Source: Frankiales bacterium (GTDB lineage Bacteria > Actinomycetota > Actinomycetes > JAWWOL01). Taken from it: a DNA stretch of 39,398 nt. The position numbers and the translations under genes were made by a program. The notes beneath the pieces are model-generated. The model searched no databases. It worked only from the letters and a program-made list of their open reading frames with translations, and had not been told where the DNA came from. Positions 26,929 through 35,010 of this stretch are shown piece by piece. The DNA is taken from contig JAWWOL010000007.1 in NCBI GenBank assembly GCA_033851695.1, positions 1 to 39,398 on the forward strand, in the 5' to 3' direction. Every line of letters begins with the position of its first letter. Position 1 is the first letter of the stretch.

Positions 26929-29009
26929 TGACGCAGCCGGCCCGCGCCGAGACCGACGAAACTCCAACAACGCCAGGGGTTGTGGCGTCTGATGCGGTGG
27001 CGGTGGTGCGGGACCTGCACGTCGGGTTCACCCGCAGTGGGCGGCAGATCGAGGCTGTACGCGGCGTCAGCCTGGACATCGCCCCGGGCGAGATCCTTGG
27101 CCTCGTCGGCGAATCCGGCTCGGGCAAGAGTGTCCTGAGCCTCGCCCTGCTGGGGCTGCTCCCTGAGGCCTCGAAGCCGCGTACCAGCGGGACGATCACC
27201 GTCGCCGGCACCGACATGCTGACCAGCAGCGGCGAGGTCCGCCGGCAGGTCCGCAAGCTGCACATGGGCGCCGTCTTCCAGGACCCCATGACCTCCCTCA
27301 ACCCCACGATGCGGATCGGTCGCCAGGTTGCCGAGGCCACCGGCTCCGGTGCCGAGGCGCTCCGGCTGCTCCGCGCGGTCGGTATCCCCGACGCCGAGCG
27401 CCGGATGTCGAGCTTTCCGCACGAGCTCTCCGGTGGCCTCCGCCAGCGCGTGATGATCGCCATGGCGGTCGCAGGGGACCCGGCCCTGCTGGTGGCCGAC
27501 GAGCCGACCACCGCGCTGGACGTCACGGTGCAGGCGCAGGTGCTCAACCTGCTCCGCGGCCTGCGCGACGAGGTCGGCTGCAGCGTCCTGCTCATCACGC
27601 ACGACCTCGGCGTGGCCGCACAGGTCGCCGACCGGGTGGCCGTGATGTACGCGGGCCGCCTCGCCGAGGTGGGACCGACCGCGACCATCCTGCGCGAGCC
27701 CTCGCACCCGTACACCGTCGGTCTCATCCGCTCGCGGCTCTCGCTCACCACCGACCGCACCCGGCCGGTGCTCGCCCTGGCCGGCGGCGCACCCGATCCG
27801 TCCAGCCCGCTGCCGGGGTGTGCCTACGCACCAAGGTGTCCGCTGGTCATGGACGACTGTCACACCATCGCACCGGAGCCGCGCCCGGTGTCGGGGACCG
27901 GCCAGGAGCTGCCGGAGGAGGCCGACGCCTCGAGCTTCGGTACGCACTCACGGGCCTGCCTCGCCGTCGTCGAGCAGGTCCTGCACCTGGCCGCCGCGCC
28001 CGAGGCCGAGCGGGCGCCTACCTTGACCCTGGTCGGCGAGACGCCCGCCGTGACCGTGACCGAACCCGAGGAGTGGGCCGCCCACATCGGGGACGTCGAC
28101 AAGACGTTCCGGGTCAAGGCCGGTCGGGGCCGCAAGGTCAAGCTGTCGGCCCTGCGCCGGATCAGCCTCGACATCGGCGAGGGCGAGTCGGTCGCCATCG
28201 TGGGCGAGAGCGGCTCGGGCAAGTCGACGCTGCTGCGCGTGCTCGCCGGGCTCGAGACGCACGAGGCCGGCGACGTGACCATCGCCTCGGGCGGCCGGCC
28301 GCAGATGGTCTTCCAGGACGCCGGTGCCTCGCTGACGCCGTGGCTCACCGTCGGGGACCTGCTCGACGAGCGGCTGCGCACGGAGGGTCTGCCCAAGGCG
28401 GTCCGCCGCGAGCGGATGCTGGCGGCCCTGGACAAGGTCGGGCTGCCCGAGACGGTGGCCCGCGCCCGGACCGGTGAGCTCTCCGGCGGCCAGCGCCAGC
28501 GGGTCGCCCTGGCCCGGGCCACGGTCGTACCACCGCGGGTCCTGCTGTGCGACGAGCCGACGAGTGCGCTCGACGTGTCCCTCGCCGCCACGGTCCTCAA
28601 CCTCATCCAGCAGCTGCGCCGGGAGCTGGGCATGGCGGTCGTCTTCGTCACCCACGACCTCTCGGTCGCCCGGGTCATCGCCGACCGGATCGCGGTGATG
28701 TACCTCGGCCGGATCGTCGAGGTCGGCGAGGCAGAGGCACTCATCCGGGCACCGAAACACCCGTACACCAAGGCTTTGCTGGCCGCCGTGCCCGACTTCG
28801 GCGTCGACCCGCCGGCCCTCAAGGGCGAGCCGGCGAGCCCGCTGTCCCCACCGAGCGGCTGCGCATTCCATCCACGCTGCCCGCTCGCCATCGACGACTG
28901 CGCCCAGCCGACGCTGGACGTGAAGCTCGAGCGGCTGTCCGTGGCCGCTGACGTGCTGTCCGACTCCGACATCCGTCGGGTCGCCTGCATCCGCGCAGGG
29001 GAGCTCTGA
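26928..29009 (+). CDS. Dpp/Opp-type ABC transporter ATP-binding protein, fused DppD-DppF
   Basis: Two GESGSGKS Walker A motifs, LSGG signatures, DEPT Walker B motifs and two oligo-HPY Cys-rich tails (GCAYAPRCP, GCAFHPRCP). Confidence 0.93.
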   Translation: MTQPARAETDETPTTPGVVASDAVAVVRDLHVGFTRSGRQIEAVRGVSLDIAPGEILGLVGESGSGKSVLSLALLGLLPEASKPRTSGTITVAGTDMLTSSGEVRRQVRKLHMGAVFQDPMTSLNPTMRIGRQVAEATGSGAEALRLLRAVGIPDAERRMSSFPHELSGGLRQRVMIAMAVAGDPALLVADEPTTALDVTVQAQVLNLLRGLRDEVGCSVLLITHDLGVAAQVADRVAVMYAGRLAEVGPTATILREPSHPYTVGLIRSRLSLTTDRTRPVLALAGGAPDPSSPLPGCAYAPRCPLVMDDCHTIAPEPRPVSGTGQELPEEADASSFGTHSRACLAVVEQVLHLAAAPEAERAPTLTLVGETPAVTVTEPEEWAAHIGDVDKTFRVKAGRGRKVKLSALRRISLDIGEGESVAIVGESGSGKSTLLRVLAGLETHEAGDVTIASGGRPQMVFQDAGASLTPWLTVGDLLDERLRTEGLPKAVRRERMLAALDKVGLPETVARARTGELSGGQRQRVALARATVVPPRVLLCDEPTSALDVSLAATVLNLIQQLRRELGMAVVFVTHDLSVARVIADRIAVMYLGRIVEVGEAEALIRAPKHPYTKALLAAVPDFGVDPPALKGEPASPLSPPSGCAFHPRCPLAIDDCAQPTLDVKLERLSVAADVLSDSDIRRVACIRAGEL

Positions 29010-29010
29010 C

Positions 29011-29874
29011 ATGGCGGTAGCCGAGGCCTACACCCCCACCCTGCCCACGCGTCGCGGCAAGGCGAAGCCGGTACGGGTCCGCAGCCGGCTCGACCTCGCG
29101 ACCGCCGGCCTGATCGGGCTGGTCACCGTGATCGCCCTGGCCGCACCGATTCTCGCCCCGCACAACCCGCTCAGCCCGGTCGGCGTGCCGGAGCTGAAGC
29201 CCGGCCAGGGCGGCTTCCTGCTCGGCTCCGACACCGTGGGCCGGGACATCCTCAGCCGCATCCTCTACGGCCTGCGGTCGAGCTGGCTGGCGGCCCTCGC
29301 GGTCGTCGCGCTCGGCCTGGTGATCGGCGGCCTGATCGGCCTGGTCGCCGGCGCGGCGGGCGGCTGGATCGACAACGTGCTGATGCGAATCACCGACGCG
29401 TTCCTCGCCCTGCCGGCGCCCATCGTCGCGATCGCGGTCGTTGCCGGCCTCGGCCCCGGGCTGATCCACACGCTCATCGCCGTGTCGATCGTCTGGTGGC
29501 CGTTCTACGCCCGCATCGTACGAGGCGAGATCCGCACGCTGGCGGCCCGGCCGCACGTCGAGGCGGCGAGGCTGGCCGGGGCCGGACGCGTGAGGGTGGC
29601 GCTGAAGCACCTGCTGCCGGGCGCCATCCCGTCAGCGGCGGTCACCGCGAGCCTGGACATCGGCAACCTGGTGCTCACCCTGGCCGGGCTGTCCTTCCTC
29701 GGTCTCGGCGCCTCCGCACCGGCTCCCGAGCTGGGCGCCGACACCGCCCGCAACCTGAGCTATCTGCTGCAGGACTGGTGGATCCCTGTGATGCCAGGCA
29801 TTGCCGTAGCCCTGCTCGCCCTCGCGGCCAACGTGGCCGGCGACGGCGTCCGCAACCTGATGGCCCACCGCTGA
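29011..29874 (+). CDS. Dpp/Opp-type ABC permease (DppC-like)
   Basis: LGSDTVGRDILSR, HVEAARLAGA and LSFLGLG motifs. Confidence 0.93.
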   Translation: MAVAEAYTPTLPTRRGKAKPVRVRSRLDLATAGLIGLVTVIALAAPILAPHNPLSPVGVPELKPGQGGFLLGSDTVGRDILSRILYGLRSSWLAALAVVALGLVIGGLIGLVAGAAGGWIDNVLMRITDAFLALPAPIVAIAVVAGLGPGLIHTLIAVSIVWWPFYARIVRGEIRTLAARPHVEAARLAGAGRVRVALKHLLPGAIPSAAVTASLDIGNLVLTLAGLSFLGLGASAPAPELGADTARNLSYLLQDWWIPVMPGIAVALLALAANVAGDGVRNLMAHR

Positions 29875-29887
29875 GAGGAGGCACCCG

Positions 29888-30883
29888 ATGTTGCAGCTGA
29901 TCGTCAAGCGTCTCGGCGCCGTCGTCGTGATCCTGCTCGCCCTGACCGCGGTGCTGTTCGTGCTCCAGAAGGCATCGCCGGCCGACCCGATCCACACCAT
30001 GCTCGGCCCCGGCGCCTCCCAGAGCGCGATTGCGGCCGAGCGGCACGTCCTGCACCTCGACCAGCCGGTCACGACGCAGTACTTCCACTACGTCGGCGGT
30101 CTCTTCAAGGGCGACCTCGGGACCTCCTACCGGACCCGGCGCGCCGTCAGCACCGACATCGGGACCTTCCTCCCGGCGACGCTGGAGCTGACCCTGTTCT
30201 CCCTGGCCCTGGCCCTCGTCCTTGCCGTGCTGCTTGCGGTGGCGACGACGCTGAAATGGCCGGGGGCCGGGCTTTTCAAGGCGGTGCTGCTCGTCGGCGC
30301 CTCAGCGCCTGCCTTCCTGCTCGCCCTGGGCGGGATCATCATCTTCTACCAGCATCTGAACTGGCTGCCCGCGACCGGGCGCAGCGACTTCCCGAGCGCA
30401 CCCACCGGGCCGACCGGGCTGCTGACCGTCGACTCGCTGGTCCATGGCAGGGTGGACGTCTTCTTCAGCGCCCTGCAGCACCTCCTCCTGCCCGGGCTGG
30501 CGATCGCGCTCGGACCGGCGGTGTCCATCGGCCGGGTGCTGCGCTCGAGCCTGGTCACCACGCTGCGCACCGACTACACCCGTACGGCAAGGGCGAAGGG
30601 CCTCAAGGAGATCCAGGTCATGGCTCGGCACGTGCTGCGGAACTCGCTCGGCCCCGCGCTGTCGATGACCGGCCTGCAGGTCGGCCTGATGTTCGCCGGA
30701 GTGCTGGTGATCGAGGAGATCTTCGCCTGGCCGGGACTGGGGCAGTACACCGCGCAGTCGATCCCGGTCGACGACTTCCCCGCCATCGCCGGCGTGACGC
30801 TGCTGCTGGGCACCGGCTACGTCCTGATCAACACGATCGTCGACCTGCTGCAGGCCGCCGCCGACCCCAGGATCAACGCATGA
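29888..30883 (+). CDS. Dpp/Opp-type ABC permease (DppB-like)
   Basis: GDLGTSY, PATLEL, DYTRTARAKG, HVLRNS and IFAWPGLG motifs. Confidence 0.93.
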   Translation: MLQLIVKRLGAVVVILLALTAVLFVLQKASPADPIHTMLGPGASQSAIAAERHVLHLDQPVTTQYFHYVGGLFKGDLGTSYRTRRAVSTDIGTFLPATLELTLFSLALALVLAVLLAVATTLKWPGAGLFKAVLLVGASAPAFLLALGGIIIFYQHLNWLPATGRSDFPSAPTGPTGLLTVDSLVHGRVDVFFSALQHLLLPGLAIALGPAVSIGRVLRSSLVTTLRTDYTRTARAKGLKEIQVMARHVLRNSLGPALSMTGLQVGLMFAGVLVIEEIFAWPGLGQYTAQSIPVDDFPAIAGVTLLLGTGYVLINTIVDLLQAAADPRINA

Positions 30884-30896
30884 AGGGCGTGGTCTG

Positions 30897-32027
30897 ATGC
30901 CTCCGGGCGACAGCGCAGGTCCCGACTCTCCGGCAGCCCGGGTCCCCGGACCGATGTACGTCAACCGCACCGACCGCGAGCTCGGCGTGCACGGCATCCA
31001 GACGTTCATGAAGCTGCCGGTCTGCCTCACACCGGAGGATTTGGTGGCGGGCGAGATGGACGTCGCGGTCTGCGGTGTGCCGTGGGACGGCACGGTCACG
31101 GCCCGTTCGGGCACGCACCTCGGCCCGATGGCGATCCGGTCGTGCGACTACATCGGCGGCTACGGCATGTCGCTGCCGCACCTCGACGTGCGGGTCGACC
31201 CGCTGGAGCACCTGAAGGCCTGCGACTACGGCGACTCGGACATCCTGCCGGGCAGCACGACCGAGACGTTCCAGGCGATCCGCGAGTTCATCGGCGAGAT
31301 CGTCGGGACCGGGGCGATGCCGATCGTGATGGGCGGCGACCACGGCATCACCTGGCCCGTGGCCACGGCGGTGGCCGACCACTACGGCTACGGCAAGGTC
31401 GGCATCGTGCACTTCGACGCCCACGCCGACACCGCACCTGACATGCGGGGAAACCTCGCCGGGCACGGCACCCCGATGCGTCGGCTGATCGAGAGCGGTG
31501 CGGTGCCGGGGCGCAACTTCGTCCAGGTAGGGCTGCGCGGCTACTGGCCCGGTCCGGACGTCCTCGAGTGGATGGAGGACAACGAGCTGCGGACCCACTT
31601 CATGGCGGAGATCCGCCAGGACGGGTTCGACACGGTGCTCGAGCGGGCCATCGACGAGGCGCTCGACCAGGCCGACTTCCTTTACCTCTCAGTCGATGTG
31701 GACGCCTGTGACCCGGCGTTCGCTCCGGGCACGGGGACCCCTGAGCCCGGGGGACTGACCAGCGCTGAGCTGCTGCGCGCCGTACGACGGCTGTCGGCCG
31801 AGGTCGGCATCGTCGGAATGGACGTGGTCGAGGTCAGTCCTCCCTACGACTCGGGGAACAGCATCACCGCGCTACTGGCACACCGCTGTATCAGAGAAGC
31901 CCTGACGGGGACCGCCATGCGTCGTCTGGGGCTCACCGCCCCGGACTACGTCGATCCCCGTTCGGCCGGCAACGGCGCCGCCCGCACCTACCGCGCAGTG
32001 CCTGCCCCAGTGCTGTCTGCTGACTGA
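30897..32027 (+). CDS. Agmatinase-family ureohydrolase (SpeB/GbuA-like guanidino-compound amidinohydrolase)
   Basis: Binuclear metal motifs GGDHG, HFDAHAD and SVDVDACDP, plus APGTGTPEPGG and VEVSPPYD. Alternative start at 30954. Confidence 0.9.
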   Translation: MPPGDSAGPDSPAARVPGPMYVNRTDRELGVHGIQTFMKLPVCLTPEDLVAGEMDVAVCGVPWDGTVTARSGTHLGPMAIRSCDYIGGYGMSLPHLDVRVDPLEHLKACDYGDSDILPGSTTETFQAIREFIGEIVGTGAMPIVMGGDHGITWPVATAVADHYGYGKVGIVHFDAHADTAPDMRGNLAGHGTPMRRLIESGAVPGRNFVQVGLRGYWPGPDVLEWMEDNELRTHFMAEIRQDGFDTVLERAIDEALDQADFLYLSVDVDACDPAFAPGTGTPEPGGLTSAELLRAVRRLSAEVGIVGMDVVEVSPPYDSGNSITALLAHRCIREALTGTAMRRLGLTAPDYVDPRSAGNGAARTYRAVPAPVLSAD

Positions 32028-32072
32028 GGCTCTGCGCACCCGCCGACCGGACACCCGTTGATGAGGAGAATC

Positions 32073-33689
32073 ATGCGCACGTCGCTCGCCCGGAGACGAC
32101 CGCTGGTCGTGCTCGCCGTTCCACTGTCCCTCGCCCTGGTCCTCACCGCCTGCGGCGGGTCCTCCAACACCAAGAACGCCTCGAACACGTCGGCCGCCGG
32201 CGGGGCCACCTCCGGCGCGGCTACGACCTCGACCACCCTGCACCTGAGCTTCCTCGAGGACCCGGGCCAGCCGCCGGACCCGGACATCTACTACGCCGGC
32301 CAGGGCCTGCTGCTGACGCAGAACCTCTACGAAGGCCTGCTGGCGTACAAGCTGGGTCAGCCCAAGGCGGAGATCGTGCCCTCGCTCGCCACGGCCTGGA
32401 AGGTCTCGAACAACTCCAAGACCTACGACCTGACGCTGCGCTCGGGAGTGACGTTCCACGACGGGACGCCGTTCGACTCCTCGGCCGTCAAGGCCTCCTT
32501 CGACCGGCGGCTCGCGGTCAACCAGGGCCCGGCCTACATGGTGAGCGACGTCGCCTCGATCACCACGCCGAGCAAGACCGAGGTCATCATCACGCTGAAG
32601 GACTCGAACACCGCGTTCCTCGACTACCTCGCCTCCGCGTACGGCCCCAAGATGATGAGCCCGACCGCCCTGGCGGCCAACAAGGGCAGCGACAACGACC
32701 AGAAGTACCTCACCACGCACGACGTCGGCACCGGTCCGTACACCCTGACGCAGGCCAACGTCGGCCAGAACTACCAGATGAAGGCCTACCCCGGCTGGTG
32801 GGGCCCGAAGGTCTTCTACCAAACCGTCGAGATTCCGGTCGTCTCCGACCTGTCGACGCAGGAGGAGCAGTTCAACAAGGGTGACCTTGCGGCGATCCTG
32901 CACGACCTCAACGCGCCCGCGGTCAAGGACTACCTAGGCAAGTCGAGCATCAAGACCTACTCGCTGCCGTCGTTCCTCACCGAGCAGGTCTACGTCAACC
33001 CGACGCACGGCATGATGAAGACCCTGGCCGGCCGGCAGGCGTTCCAGGCGTCGCTCGACATCAAGTCCCTCCAGCAGGCCGTGTTCGCGGGGCGGGGCGA
33101 CCTCGCAACCGGCATCTATCCCGAGGGTCTGGTCCCCGGCGACACTCAGAACATCGCGGCCGACCCGTCGAAGATCACGGCGTTCGCCAAGACCGCCGCT
33201 GCCGCCGACAAGACCATCACGCTCGGCTACGACACCTCGCAGCCGGACGACCAGCAGCTGGCCAACCTGGTGTCCGCCAAGCTGCAGGCGTACGGGATCA
33301 CGGCCAAGGTGCAGGGTTACCCGACCGCTGACGTCTTCGGCTGGATCGGCGGCAGTCTGGCGAAGGCGCCCGACGTGCTGTTCACCAGCTTCTGGCCGGA
33401 CGCGGCGAACCCGTACACGGAGGCGCACATCGAGTTCGCCCCCGACGGTGGTCTGAACTACCTGCACTGCTCGGACCCGCAGATCACCGCTGAGCTGCCC
33501 GGCGTGCTGCAGACCGGCGACATGGCGACGTACGCCAAGATCGGCGCGCAGGCCGTTGCCACCGGCTGCTGGACGAACATCGTCTGGCGCAAGGACTTCA
33601 TGGTCGCCCAGCCGTGGCTCAAGGGCGTCGAGGCCGCGCACGACATCGGTGCCCCGTTCAGCCTGCACATCGCGGCGCTGTCGGGCTGA
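32073..33689 (+). CDS. Family 5 ABC substrate-binding lipoprotein (DppA/OppA-like)
   Basis: Lipobox LTAC, YEGLL, PSLATAW, LRSGVTFHDGTPF and GTGPY motifs. RBS GAGGAG. Confidence 0.92.
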   Translation: MRTSLARRRPLVVLAVPLSLALVLTACGGSSNTKNASNTSAAGGATSGAATTSTTLHLSFLEDPGQPPDPDIYYAGQGLLLTQNLYEGLLAYKLGQPKAEIVPSLATAWKVSNNSKTYDLTLRSGVTFHDGTPFDSSAVKASFDRRLAVNQGPAYMVSDVASITTPSKTEVIITLKDSNTAFLDYLASAYGPKMMSPTALAANKGSDNDQKYLTTHDVGTGPYTLTQANVGQNYQMKAYPGWWGPKVFYQTVEIPVVSDLSTQEEQFNKGDLAAILHDLNAPAVKDYLGKSSIKTYSLPSFLTEQVYVNPTHGMMKTLAGRQAFQASLDIKSLQQAVFAGRGDLATGIYPEGLVPGDTQNIAADPSKITAFAKTAAAADKTITLGYDTSQPDDQQLANLVSAKLQAYGITAKVQGYPTADVFGWIGGSLAKAPDVLFTSFWPDAANPYTEAHIEFAPDGGLNYLHCSDPQITAELPGVLQTGDMATYAKIGAQAVATGCWTNIVWRKDFMVAQPWLKGVEAAHDIGAPFSLHIAALSG

Positions 33690-33709
33690 TCGACCCGCAC
33701 CAACGCGTA

Positions 33710-33742
33710 CGGGGGCCGGTGGCACGTCGCCACCGGCCCCCG
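33710..33742 (+). terminator. GC-rich hairpin after the SBP gene (terminator or mRNA stabiliser)
   Basis: 14-bp stem CGGGGGCCGGTGGC / GCCACCGGCCCCCG with a 5-nt loop and no U-tract. Confidence 0.6.
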
Positions 33743-33770
33743 CCCGTGTCCTCACCTGGAAGGAAAAGGC

Positions 33771-33869
33771 ATGACCCGCAAGGGATCCGGCGTACGGGAG
33801 ATCCCGGTCGTCTGGCCTGAGCTCACCCGTGACCTGGCCGGCCGGTTCCCGGCCCGAGTGGCGGGCTGA
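33771..33869 (+). CDS. Putative 32-aa ORF in frame with and abutting allantoicase
   Basis: SD GGAAGGA, ATG at 33771 and TGA at 33867-33869, directly followed by the in-frame GTG of allantoicase. Confidence 0.4.
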   Translation: MTRKGSGVREIPVVWPELTRDLAGRFPARVAG

Positions 33870-35009
33870 GTGGCCGACCTCGCCGCGCGGCACCTCGGCG
33901 CCGGTGTCATCGCCGCCAGCGATGACGCGTTCGGCCCCAAGGAGCTGTTGCTCTCACCTGCCCCGGTGTCCTTCGTCCCCGGCAGGTTCGACCACAAGGG
34001 GGAGGTCGTGGACGGCTGGGAGACCCGCCGTCGGCGCAAGCCCGGCTACGACTGGGCGGTCGTGCGCCTCGGCGTGCCAGGGGTGATCCGTACGATCGAC
34101 GTGGACACCACCTCCTTCGCCGGCAATGCGCCGTCGACCTGCCGGGTCGAGGCGTGCGGCGTCGACGGGTTCCCGCCGCCCGGCGAGCTGACCGACTGGC
34201 GGACCATCGTGCCGCGCACCCAGCTGGTCCCCGACGCGCACAACGTCCTGGTCGTCGAGGATCCGCGCCGGTGGACGCACGTTCGGCTGTGCGTCGAGCC
34301 CGACGGCGGGGTCGGCCGGTTGCGCGTCGAGGGTGACCCGGTGCCGGACCCGCGGCTCATCGACGGGCTCACGGTGGACCTGCTGGGGCTGGAGATCGGC
34401 GGCCGGGTGCTGTCGACCACCGACGCGTTCTACTCGTGCCCGGAGGCGTTGATCCGGCCCGACCGTGCCCGGACGATGGGCGAGGGCTGGGAGACCCGCC
34501 GGCGCAGGGACGGCAGGCACGACACCGTGGTCTTCAAGCTCGGGGGTGGCGGCGTGCCGCAGCTCGTCGAGCTCGACACGACCCACTTCGTGTACAACGC
34601 CTCCGCGCAGGCGGAGGTCTGGTTCTGCCACCACCCAGGCGATCCCGACGAGACCCAGCTCGCCTGGGAACCCCTGGTGGAGCGCGTGGCGCTGCAGCCC
34701 GACACGCGACACCGTTTCCGGGTCGACGGCCGGGCCGCCACGCACGTGAGGCTCGACGTCTATCCGGACGGCGGGATGGCCAGGGTACGGGTGATGGGTG
34801 CGCTGACGGCGCAGGGCCGGCTCGCCATGGGGCTGCGCTGGTTCAATGCGCTGCCCGCCGGTCAGCTGATGGATCTGCTGTCTCCGCTGTCGCCTGCGGT
34901 GGCGCAGCTGCTGGCGGCTGCCCGTCCCTTGGCGGGCGTGGCAGCGGGTGTGGCGGTTGCGGGCGAGGATGCCCGAGCGCTGTTGGACGCGCTGCTGCTG
35001 GGACGCTGA
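33870..35009 (+). CDS. alc: Allantoicase family protein
   Basis: Two allantoicase repeats, each with GWETRRR, D(T/L)TxF and PDGG(V/M)xR motifs. Confidence 0.88.
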   Translation: MADLAARHLGAGVIAASDDAFGPKELLLSPAPVSFVPGRFDHKGEVVDGWETRRRRKPGYDWAVVRLGVPGVIRTIDVDTTSFAGNAPSTCRVEACGVDGFPPPGELTDWRTIVPRTQLVPDAHNVLVVEDPRRWTHVRLCVEPDGGVGRLRVEGDPVPDPRLIDGLTVDLLGLEIGGRVLSTTDAFYSCPEALIRPDRARTMGEGWETRRRRDGRHDTVVFKLGGGGVPQLVELDTTHFVYNASAQAEVWFCHHPGDPDETQLAWEPLVERVALQPDTRHRFRVDGRAATHVRLDVYPDGGMARVRVMGALTAQGRLAMGLRWFNALPAGQLMDLLSPLSPAVAQLLAAARPLAGVAAGVAVAGEDARALLDALLLGR

Positions 35010-35010
35010 G

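Noticed and set aside
30897-32027. Calling the ureohydrolase GdmH or speB
   Set aside because: GdmH-type residues and nickel chaperones are missing, and motifs alone cannot separate agmatinase from other guanidino hydrolases.
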